Of a DNA stretch of 64,000 nt, positions 41,068 to 52,472 are shown one piece after another. The stretch is from contig CM120641.1 of NCBI GenBank assembly GCA_051362555.1, forward strand, positions 23,504,401 to 23,568,400. Direction: 5' to 3'. The notes under the pieces are model-generated. The model ran no database searches and had not been told where the DNA came from. It saw only the letters and a list, made by a program, of their open reading frames with translations. Position 1 is the stretch's first letter. Each line of letters starts with the position of its first letter. The stretch is from Lingula anatina (lineage: Eukaryota; Animalia; Brachiopoda). Made by a program: the position numbers and the translations under genes.

Positions 41068-41636
41068 TCACCTGCATCTTTTGTGTAAGAACAGTCGTAG
41101 TCTGTACAGAGCAAATATGGTCACCTGTAGTACAGGGATGCCCACCACTCCCAGACAGGCCACTACAGTAATAGGGATCAGTGGTTTTCTCCAGTCTAGG
41201 AATTTATAGATGTAAGGACTACCATATGCATTTAGTCCACCGCTGAGACTGTAGATAATGTTAAATATGGTATAAACTGTCACAAACACCAGTGGGTACA
41301 CCATATGGAGAAGTCGGATTGGGATTTTTGTTACAAATACATCGGCCAGCATGACAAGTGCGGTCATAGCATGGTTGTTGAATTTTGTCCCCATGAAGTG
41401 ACCATCATAAAGCAGGGGCCAGTATATCAGAAATACCAGTATTGTTGCACTGAAAGTCATGTTGTATAGTACCCAGGACAGCTTACAGTACCATGGGGTC
41501 TCCACCTTGACATTGGTGATCACCCTGACGGTGACGTCCTCTCCCTGATAAAGTCTGGAAACCTGGTCATGGGCCAAAGATGCTGACTGCTGCTCCATCT
41601 GAATGTCAAATGTCATGTCATCTGCCCAGCTCTCGC
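41068..41636 (-). CDS. rost: rost-like exon 3
   Basis: ORF 41068-41667; acceptor attacag|. Confidence 0.92.
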
Positions 41637-44600
41637 CTGTAATTTGAATCATTTCTCTTTTGATCATTTCATTTCGGTTAAATGTGCAGGTGTAATATAA
41701 TAGGATGTAGTTCCATATTTAAGTTGATTGATAAAATGTCACATTTAAGATCAAAAAAGTAAATCAATGCATGGAGGAATAATTTTCTTTTGCCATTTTT
41801 TAAAGATTATTCTATTTCTATATTTTATGCAGGATATCTTTGAATGAAAATACACTAATTCATAATATAATATAATATAATATAATATAATATAATATAA
41901 TATAATATATCATCACAATTGTCACATTCTTGAGACATTCAAATGACAGGACACCCACCTCTTGATCTTAGAAGATAATGATAGAGAGTTGCCCCAGCGG
42001 ATACCATCATGGAAGAAGTGAGGAGAATGAGAACCCAGTGGGTAAAGTAGACAAAGAAAACTGAAGGATTTTTATAATGGATCCCCTTCTCATAACCAGT
42101 GTAGATCAACCAAGACAGAAAGTAAAGTGCTAAACACAGTCTGTAGACTACAAAAGCCAAGGGAGGACATCTTTCCCACTGGAAGAGAAAAGAAAGTATA
42201 TATTATAAGATGGAAAAAGCACTTCACATTCATTGTCAGTAGCAGTGTTCATTTATGGCCTTGTTATAGCAGGTGTAACTTCAACTTCAAAGGCCCCATT
42301 CAGAATGAGAAGATCCGAGTGCTAACTGGTCCACGGCTTAAATATGGCGGACCTACATAAAAAGAAGACCGCTTAATCCTGTAATTGTCTCTACGTCTCT
42401 CACAAGCCTTCCCACGCATTGTCCCTGAGGGGGCACAGTAATTACATTTCGACTCCATTCGACCAGATGCGTGAGAGGCAGAGAGACCATTACAGGATTA
42501 GGCAATCTTCCTTTCATGTAGGGTATGCCATATTTGAGCCTTGGACCAGTTGATACTTGTATCTACTATTCTGCATGGCCACAAATACAGCCTAACTCAC
42601 CTATTTAAAATAAAATTTAAATTTCAAAGTAAACCTATCTGTTAATCATTCTTACCTTATCTAATGATGTCAGTTAGACTAGACTTGTAAGCTATTTGCT
42701 GACATCTGTTTGACTCGAATTTTAATGGCTCTTTTAAGCTACCTCCTAAAGTCAGAATAAATTTTTTAATTCCATGCTGTTTGATGATGTTGGTCAGAGT
42801 AGAATTTGTTAAACCTTCTGGTCAGTGGTGCCACATTAGCAGTTTTGTGCTCAACTTGGACAAATAAGGCTGTTCATATTAAAAGTTATCGTCCAGTATG
42901 ATCTATCTATCTAAGCGGCACACCTTCTCACAAAGCCACATGAACAACATAATGCACCACTAAGTTTCCCGACTTTATTCAAATAGTGTAAGTTACAAGG
43001 GGGCGTGCCAGACAATTCAGCTGATTACACTGACTGTGCAATAGGGAGAATCCCAGCTGAGATAGATCTATCCTGCTATATAGATAACTTGTAATTTGAA
43101 CACAGCCTAAAAATTTAATTCCTCCAAGGACAAAATAAACTAAATAGGACTTGTTTGTGCAGTAGCAAGAAGAAATGCCTTTGGCATGTTTGAGCTGCTA
43201 ACTTCATTATCAGTAAAGAATTAAGAAGGATAAGAACTGCCTAAAAAAGGAAAACAGGTTCCACAAGCAATACTTTTTGATGCTCACTTAGATAACACTA
43301 AGGTCAAATAACAGTTGGGTCAAGGCAAATATGCAATGCTCTTCTGGGACTAGGTTCCAATCTTTATAATGTGAATATTCTATTAAAATGCAAATGCCTC
43401 TGCTGTGGATGTTAGCCAAAGTTTAAAAAGTTAGCACCCTTGAGTAATTATCACTGGTGACTTTTTATCAAGCTGGGCAATGTGAGCAAGTCTATCCTAT
43501 CAAATATCTAAATTCTATATAAAGTTAATTTTTCACAAAACGTGATAACACTCTACAAATTGTTCTCAAGTAGTAAGTACTTAATTCACCTTTCACATCA
43601 CATTTTGTTTGGCAACAGATGACCTTTACGTGGAGACAGAAATTATCAGATCACTGTGAAATGAGCAGTCACAGCCAGGATAATGTTATCAGTGGTTTTG
43701 TAAGGAAAGAAACTGTTAGGAGTTTAATTAAGGTGTGATATTTTGTCATATCATGCCTCACATGTTGTTAATCTCCACATAGTATAAGCCAAATTCAATC
43801 AAATGTATTAAAACTGTAGTATATCCACTGAGATGATTTATAACTTGAGAAAGTCATTTTTTCCATTAAATATTGACCAGAATCAAAAAGCACTGCAGAT
43901 TCCTATAAGATCAAATTTTTACAGTAACCAGGTTTTTTATGAACAGATCAATTATTACAAGTGTATCTAAGACTTGGGCTGGGTTCCCATGCCTAGATCG
44001 ATCCATCTGGATCAGTCTAACTCCCTGGTAGTCTCTACCGAATCAGCTAGGTGGTAAAGATAATCACCCCTGTTAAAACTGAGCCAATGCCCCTTCTTGA
44101 ACCACTTGCCAGGTCATATAATGCAAAAGACATTCACAGTTGGTCTGCGCTGGCCAGACGCAAACCCTGACATATTAACCTGATTGACTAGACAGTGCTA
44201 CATGCTTATGAACAATTTCACTGGGATATTGATTTTTGATGCCATTATGGTTGCTAAATGTGCAAAAGTTAATTAAACATTTGGGTGATAAAAAGAAATA
44301 TAATCCAGTAAACCTGGTTTTCAAACTCAACCTGTTTTTTAGTACTAAGATGCAAACATGTAAGTTTTAAAATAAGTTGAAATGTTTTTACTTTCGTATG
44401 TTAACGAGCAAAGTGCACAATTGGTGTTCACAAGGAAGTGCATGATGACGTTAATGGCAACACCAGGTGCTGATGATGATAACAACTAGATATGTCAGAG
44501 AGAAAAAATAGAATGAGTGTATATTTGATGTGTATAAATGCATGTGATATTTTACAAGACGAAATTTAGCATCCATTTGCCTTTTATTACTAAAAGCAAG

Positions 44601-47238
44601 TTACTGTATCAATCTTGTACTGAGTATCATATTTAACTTAACCAAAGTTCATTGCAAACCTCTCATTTTATGAGGTTGGTTGGAATACCACTTTACAAAA
44701 AATAAATAAATAAATAAATAAATAAAAATAAAAAAAATAAAAAGATAAGAAAACTAGTTGGACTCTGGACACACATTATGTACCTAAGTTTAAAGGACCA
44801 CTCCATGTGTTAGGGCACTGTAAAGCTAGCTTGTTAACTATTCATACCAATTCATAGAATAGCTTTACAGTGGGCCTGAGGAACAGTGACATTGTTGAAT
44901 ATCCATCAATCAAAAAGAACTGCTCTGCAGTGAATCTGCAGTTGAATGTCATTAATCCAAAATGAAACATAAATCGGATTTAATTTCATTTACTGTATAC
45001 AAAATGTAAATTGAAAAATAAATAATGTATTTTTAAAAGAAAAGATATACCAGATGTTTTGGTATTTATTGCTTATCAAAAATTAACATTTGCTCCTAGA
45101 GATATAAACACAATATAGTGCTTGTTGTGTGCCAAGTTTGACAGTTATATTGTATGTCCGATACCACTATGAGGACTGCGCAAGGGCTACACCAAAAATC
45201 AGCTTTTAAAGCAAAAAGTTGCTGGTGCTGTGGCACTGACTTTCGATTGAAAGGTATTCGTAGTTCAAACTTCAAATTCCTCATCAGCCACTTTGCTTCT
45301 TGTCTCGTCTGCATGAGATAATGTCAGCACAAGGTGGGAAAGGCAGCTCCAGAGCTGTGACATACGAGACTTGTGACTTCCAAATATGGAAGAGCCCCAA
45401 GCAAAATTTTGCCAAACACACCCCCAGCCTGGCGCTAGTTTCGAGTCGACTTTTCTGATACAGGATATATTCGAAATCAAGATCGAGCTGGCAAAACTGA
45501 AATCTAGAACCTAGGGTACTCCATTGGGGTTTTCCCCACCAATATGAATAGATAGAGGTTCTTTACATGCATTTGAAAATTCCCCTCAGTCATAGGTAAG
45601 TCCTGAAGAGCTTCTCATATATCCAGATTTAGACTTCAAAGACAATGAAACCTATAAATACAAGATAATCTGGAACATGCCTTCTGTTGTGATTATCTTC
45701 TCAGCCTCCTTGGGTATAGCCATTGCCAGCAACTTCTGTATTATACTCAACACAGGGCCATGATACAGAAAAAAACAGCCATTTTCTTGTGTGAAAATGA
45801 GGCAATGCGCATGACCGCAGATGTCGTTTATAATGACATATTAACATGTTATATAAAAAAAATTGGAATAAAGCATTGAATCCAAGTGCAAGGACAGTTC
45901 AAGCAATTATTCGTGAGCAGGAAAAATTGCTCCAGAAAAATTAATTTTGGTGGGAATAACTCATTGAGTGGCCCTACAAATCAGACTAACTGCTAATTTT
46001 ATTGTCGAAGAAGGAATCTACTTTTGGAGGTTAAATATATATACTGTAAGTCTACTTGAACCAATGCAGTTAAGAGTTATGGGACATATGCTTTTAGTCG
46101 TTAATTGTATTTCACTTAGTCTGCATTGGAACAATCTTTGACATGACTGCTTCCCACACATGTCCCCCTATAAATGTCAACACCATTCAAACACCAACAT
46201 TAAGAACAAATTCAATAACTTTCAGGGACTTATGAGGCTCTTATTCAAGTACTTTCAAGAATGTCTTAATTGCAAGCAAATGTGTGCAATTTACAGTCAT
46301 TTATAAGTAATCACACCAAAGAAAAGAAGACATTATTTTATTTAAACCTTGTATTTTAATACATTGATGACAAAACATGAAAAGAATGAAATTAAATTAT
46401 GTTTTAATAGGTATTCTCCTCTTCTGTGGATAACTGTCTATATTCAGGTAAAAACTTCAAGGTTCAAAATAATAATTTGTTAAATTTTGTTGTATGCTGT
46501 AAAAAGTAAAAAGCCCAGATTGAAGGCCAGATGTGAATGATATGTTTATGTATTAAAGCCAAGCATTTTCTGGGTTGTGTACCAGACCTTTTAAACTGCT
46601 CTCCATAGTTCCCCAATGGCACCGTATTATATGTTAGTTACCATATAAATACTGCAAGTACCATACAAAACATATGCATACACATATACTGGTTGATATA
46701 GGTACATACTAATAGGCAGTCAAACAGATAGATATACAATGTAGATTTTTTTCTTTAAAAAAAAATTTTATGACCCATAGTACACAGAGAGAGAGAGAGA
46801 CGCATGTACTAGCACTATGCTGTAGTGTGCAAAACCATCCGTTTCTTAGCTCATCAAACAGGAGAAATGACATTTGTGAATGAAATAAAAACTGGCAGTT
46901 CTATGGTTTTGCTTACCATGTGTTTGCGTGTATGGCGGAGGGGGGGGGCATCTTTTCAGACTGGCGTATCTCTACTCGTACAAGTTACTATATCTATATT
47001 AGGCAATAGCCTTCCAACTGGAGCGTTAAATTGGGCTGAGGATGAGTAAGATGTTGATATACTGGTATGACCCACGACCCGATACGGTGACGTTTGAGCC
47101 AAACTAGCCCCCAACAGCCACCCTCCGACCCCTCAAATCCACACTAACCTGGCACTTCACGAAGACACTGGGTGACGTCACGTCTAGTTTCAACTTGGAC
47201 AAAAAGAGTTCGTCGCTAATCACCTGTTGCCATCCCAT
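41068..47238 (-). CDS. rost: Protein rolling stone-like multipass membrane protein (about 292 aa); exons 47238-47149, 42178-41959, 41636-41068
   Basis: 90+220+569 = 879 nt in frame. MGWQQVISDEL...SVFVKCQ|WERCPPLAFVVYR, FVYFTHW, KLSWVLYN, IYWPLLY, NNH, PIRLLHMVYP, YIYKFLDW are rolling-stone family hallmarks. An alternative upstream in-frame ATG lies at 47253. Confidence 0.9.
41862..41908. repeat. (ATAAT)n pentanucleotide microsatellite
   Basis: Tandem ataat units in rost-like intron 2. Confidence 0.95.
41959..42178 (-). CDS. rost: rost-like exon 2
   Basis: Acceptor ttctcttccag|TGG; donor G|gtgggt. Confidence 0.92.
42292..42580. mobile_element. Foldback/MITE-like element with about 110-bp imperfect inverted arms
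   Basis: Left arm aactggtccacggcttaaatatggc...taatcctgtaattgtctct pairs with right arm agagaccattacaggatta...gccatatttgagccttggaccagtt. Confidence 0.8.
47149..47238 (-). CDS. rost: rost-like exon 1
   Basis: acaATGG context; ends FVKCQ|gttagt and joins W of exon 2, giving the family FV..QW motif. Confidence 0.85.
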
Positions 47239-47320
47239 TGTGGACTCCGTCATACACTTGCTGCCTCGCGAAACCGACACACTCCCGCAACACAGCGTTA
47301 ATAACAACTATGGGCTTCGC

Positions 47321-47400
47321 TAAATATATATATACCAACGGTAGAGTCCATATGGCAACAGTGGGGTATTGGGCCACTCCGCATCTTAGTATAGCCAATA
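47321..47400 (-). promoter_or_regulatory. Putative core promoter of the rost-like gene
   Basis: TATA-like (TA)n tract at about 47322-47334, about 85-95 bp upstream of the ATG; CCAAT boxes at about 47368-47372 and 47395-47399. Confidence 0.5.
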
Positions 47401-48844
47401 GCCCAGGGGAATATTAATAAAAAGTACATGTGTCTATCAATGTACATGTATAAGAGGTGACATGAAAAATTGTCTCGTTATCAGTGTCACACAATGACAC
47501 GATTTATTATCTTATGTGAGCTGTTGTGTATCAATATGTGTGGACTGTTTTTACCTATGTACTCATGCATGCTGCTGGTACATGCAGGCTTCAATGACAT
47601 TTTGAAAGTGACTTGGGACAAGCGATCCGTGAAAACATGCGTGTTTGTAAAATTGTCTTACAGCAATGTCATGACGTTTTTACAGTTGTAAAACTACGTT
47701 CCCTAACAATAACAATAAAACCAATGCGTTGGATTTCTGTGCTGCATTGTCGCGCGCAAGAAGATTGAAGCCGTCTTTGATGATAGTTTCCTTGATACCA
47801 GTGCTTACGTATATCAAATCGGAAGAAGTTTTGTCATCAGAATCGCGTGATCTTCTGATTGGACTATTAGAGCACCACATTTGCCCTAACATAATACAGT
47901 AATGATGCATTACAAGAAAAGCAGTAAAGAAGCCGAATGGGGGCAAATCTTTATTAATCTAACATTATTACTAACAGACGTGTGCACCAATTTAAGCTGA
48001 GATGATGACGCAGTAGTTATTACAAATTGGCTTCATTACAAATGTCATTTCGCTTATAGGTGGAATTCGGCTCATTAAAAACCAAATAAGTGATTAATAC
48101 TTGCCTGGAAACTAAGACGAATTGGGTAGAATAATTGGATTTTCAGCGCCAGGGTTCTCATGTATGTGCCGACACTACGTCTTAAAAGTAAAAATCGATA
48201 TAGTTTACCTTAGGGTAGGATATCTTCCTTGTTATTGTAATACGATGAGCACTAATCTGTATTTCAACTACATTGAACATTCTGTTTGGTTGTTGTATAA
48301 ATTATATATGGAGATCAAACTTTCAATACGCGCGTGCGCGCGCCCGTGTGCGTGTGTTTGTGTGTGTGTGGATCTATCTCAGAAAATGTCCCCTTGAACG
48401 GGGAGGAGGTTTATATTGACAACACCCAGTCCACATGCTGACAGGCCATTGATTGGTAGGAGCCAAGAAACCCACTGATCTTCCCCAATTTTCAGGTCTA
48501 ATTTATTGAGAATAATTTCTGTTGCTATATTTGCTCTTGGCCTTGCCTTTTTGACGGAAGCAGCGTCACTGGGTAGGCGGAGCCCGTTGATTTACGTTGC
48601 CACAGTGGTCTTCAAGAAAGTCTTCATAGCGCCATTTCGAAATACTTGTTAATAACAACATATCTACAAAGTAGTTAAGAAGGTGGAAGGGAGTAATAAT
48701 GATGCAAATAAAGAACTAAATATTGGGTATCTTCAAATTCATTTCTTCTGTCAGTTCCCGCAGTAATTATTCACAATTCAAAACGTGAAACAAGAATATA
48801 TGTGTGCAGTAATTTTAAGGGGTCTTTGTGCTTAATAAACTTTC

Positions 48845-48976
48845 TACGGAAACTGACTGGTGCCATGTTAAAAAAATTATTATCTCGAAATTTCGAGGTA
48901 GTATTTTGAAATTTGGACATAAAAATATATTATGAGGTAATAAAATTTTTTAATATGACACCAGTCGGCTTCCGTA
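48845..48976. mobile_element. MITE with about 40-bp TIRs and TA ends
   Basis: tacggaaactgactggtgccatgttaaaaaa ... ttttttaatatgacaccagtcggcttccgta; internal palindrome tctcgaaatttcgagg. Confidence 0.8.
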
Positions 48977-51900
48977 ACTTTCAAATTTCAAATTGAAAAT
49001 CACATTAAAAGTAGGCGATCGTTTTTGAAAATAGATAAACATGAGTGACAAAAGTTTTGGATCAGATTGAAGTGAGGTTGACACTGATGACCATTGTTTG
49101 ACTATACCATGTTAAAAACAGTGCAGCTCTAAAATTAGTTGTTTAAGAAAACCTTAAACACGAGATCGCGCACGAACTTTATACTGGAGTGAGATTGGAA
49201 AGACATTTCAATAATCTGAAAACGTATTTGTGAATGAACTAATGAAGTGCAGTAGACATCAAGGGCATAGTATGAGAAACCAGATCCGGTTTATATACAG
49301 CGTTCACATACTTTTAAATTCTGATTGTGGTATAGACAAGTCATGCTTCTCTTCTCTAACACATCCATGAAACACCAAGCCACCTTTTGATTGTACATAT
49401 ATTTTTAAGTGCTTTTAAAGCCTTTTTGATTTCATGCCATCTCATTTACATGCTAACTTGTGGTCAGGTTATATATATTAGCAATACATCAGAATAAATT
49501 GTAAAATGAGGTATTAGATAGACTTAAAAATTACTATAACTATAACTATAACAGTAAATGATACATTTGGTTGCTCTCGTGTTATGTGTGAGTGTGTGTG
49601 TATCAGTGCAGTCCTTTTTCCTTGAGGTCAAAAGGTGTAGCCTTATTATCTCATGGAAAAAGATTGATAACGGGTAGGGCCTATGTAAGCAAATCATCTT
49701 TTCTAAGAAACTGCTGATGAAAGTAAAAAAAAATCATTTCTGGCGTTGTGTTTCTAGAGAATTTGCATTGAGCTCTAAGGCAAAAACACAATAGAGGCAC
49801 AATCAAAACCGGTACGTTTCACAAGTAATACCACATTTTATTCAATCATTTTCTTTTGAAACCCATTTATTCTTAAATTTTTTGGAACGCATGCCTCTAA
49901 CCTCAAAGTCTAAAGCACGTGTCTTTTATTATTTATTTATTTATTTATTTATTTTTTCATTATTAGGAATCTTGCCGCTTTCACCCTGACAAGACAAGGT
50001 TTTGTTCATGATTGAAGAGCAGAGCTACCCCCTCCCCCCCCCCCCCCCCCCACCTTACAGGAAAAAGAAGAAGAAGAAGAAAAAGAAGAAGAAGGAAAGA
50101 AAATACACAACCTGCAACCACCTTTGTTTGGAGAACTCAGTTTCAGCCAAGTTTTCTTGGAGTAATAAAAGACTGAGGCCTTATACATGTACATGTATTT
50201 GTTCATCAAAAGTCGATCATTCATCATTTAAATAGTTTCATCGTAAAAGCAAATTGATCGATGATCATGACAAGTAAAGCAATTTGTTAATGCTCTCTAA
50301 TAAGTTATACTTGATATTCTGGTATGCCTCTAGCGCACTCTCAATGCACAAAGACTATCTTTCTTTTTAAAGAGATTTCGGTTTGTCAATTTTGGTGAAA
50401 AAATTTATTGTTTGGTGAAATTTTGGTGAAATTTTCTTTGACATGGCACCGAACATTTAATTCATGTTTTACATTATGTTTTAAATTATTTTACAGGCAC
50501 AGTTCTAAATTTGGACAAACTGCTAAAATGATCCTGTTAACCTTTTCAACAGGAAGTAAGATAACAAGAATGTCCTTTTGATGTGAGCTATCTAATCCTT
50601 TTGATAATATGTGCTGTTCAATTTTCTTTAATTTGCTAATGCATTTTACTGTTATAATGACGAAGATTCTATCAAGCTATGATACTTGAACTTGACCAAC
50701 TGATGTTTCTAGTTCACAATAACCCACTTTCTAGAAACGATCGACAAGTGCACAAGGTTTGTTTCAAAGAATTTGTCAGTTAATTGATCACCTCATCACC
50801 CGCTGACGACGTGGACAATTTCCGTCTCCGATTATCGAGCTTCCCTTCAAGTACCCTTTATTCTACAATGATCTCTTTGTTAGATTTAACTGTTTTTAAT
50901 TTCTTTTCATTTTTCTTTTATATTCATATTATGTTTATAAAGAAAATATCTGCAATCCAAAACCACCATTCCTTCAAGAAGTTGTTCTTAAATTCTAGAA
51001 CCGTTTATCTGTTACTTACGGGTAGCAACCCTAGCATATGCATTTGTTGAGATAAATATTTGCTCACCAAGAACAGTCCAAAGTAAGACAAATTCGAACA
51101 TGCATATATGGTCATGTCAAGATGTAGTGCTTTATACGGGTAAGTGTTTTTACTCATTCCTCCCCCCCCCCTCCCCCCCCCCCCCCCCGCCCCGTTTTCT
51201 TCAAGAACCATTTAAGATTAATTGACTTATATTATCTTGCAGTTGCTTAACAATAAACAAGTGTTGTCTTATTATTTTTTCAATCTTTGTCCTGTTGCCA
51301 AAAATATAAGTTCTGGACTCTAGTTGTTGGGCTTTTAATTTCTTAAAGGTATCACTAGTGGGAATCATGCTCGGAATCTTATAATTTCCTGCCTGTTTAT
51401 ATTTCAAGAACAATTACACATCCCTGTTCAAAAAGAGGTCTGCTATTCATGGTGAACGTTTTTTAAAAAATGTAATCAAACCTAATAGTACGTGGGTTGT
51501 AAACGAAAGAGATTTATCCAAAACCTTTAAAAAAGAGTTCTCCAAAAAGTAATACACCACATGTTGTGGGTGTTATTCCAATTACTGTCTATCTCCATCG
51601 CCATGTTCATCATCATTACCCACTTCAGGTCTGAGTACCATTGATGCATTAACAGATTGCCTTCATGTGAATGATAGATTGCGCGTCAATTTGTTCTGGA
51701 AAATCAACCTGGCGGTTTGTGAATAATGATCGTGATTGCATATGCTAAACGAGTCTTAATTTTGGTGAACTGTTTTTTTCGCTGTAGTTATGTACTAAAA
51801 TGAATTACAGCTTCATGTTTTATCAGCAACGTAGCTTTCTGAGCATAAACATAATATGAGACAGGCAAAAATCCATGGAATTGACTTTCATTCACGTTGG

Positions 51901-52312
51901 GGAAGACAGAATATGTTCTTCTCGGGCTTCCCAGCCAGTATTTGGCTAAAAGCATATGCATCGAACATGTCAGTCATCAAGTAAACGCAATAAATTAAAA
52001 TGTAATGCGATGAGCGATTTGTACTCGAAAATACCGAAAATGAAGTGTTTTATTTATCACCACATGCGTGTTCTGAAAGATATTTGCTATGCCGTTGTAA
52101 AACCTCTATCTTTAGTTGTGTTCTTCGATGATTATATAGTTTTTTTATCAACATATATTATATATGTTAGTGAAGTCGCTGTCGTGCAGTTACGATTCCG
52201 AAAGATTTTTCTGAGAGTGATCCATTGATAGGTAGACATCAGTTTCAAAAACTGTTTTAAAATACTAGTAACAAATTACTGAGGACGGTTCGTTGACTAC
52301 GTGGTTTCGATA

Positions 52313-52472
52313 TGACAGGAATGGTAGTCCTAGAAATGGAAGTCTGGGTTCCCATATGATTAGTACAGGTTAGGATTGGTCGGAGTATTGGGATTAGTAC
52401 ATGGAACGAATCTCTCTTTTACGAAGTAATGGGAAAAGGACGACGATTCCTTACGGACTACCATTCCTGTCA
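52313..52472. mobile_element. MITE with perfect 18-bp TIRs
   Basis: tgacaggaatggtagtcc (52313-52330) / ggactaccattcctgtca (52455-52472). Confidence 0.75.

Noticed and set aside
41059-41070. TGA-C stop context of the rost-like gene (possible readthrough)
   Set aside because: A TAG follows two codons later, so any extension would be trivial
45096-45480. Minus-strand ORFs considered as rost-like exon 1
   Set aside because: No suitable donor; exon 47238-47149 supplies the family N-terminal motif in the correct phase
47171-47182. Perfect CRE palindrome GTGACGTCAC
   Set aside because: Lies inside rost-like coding exon 1 (codons D-V-T-S); no independent evidence of regulatory use
50002-50235. ORF with poly-Pro and poly-Lys
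   Set aside because: Produced by a C homopolymer and an (AAG)n run; no splice or homology support
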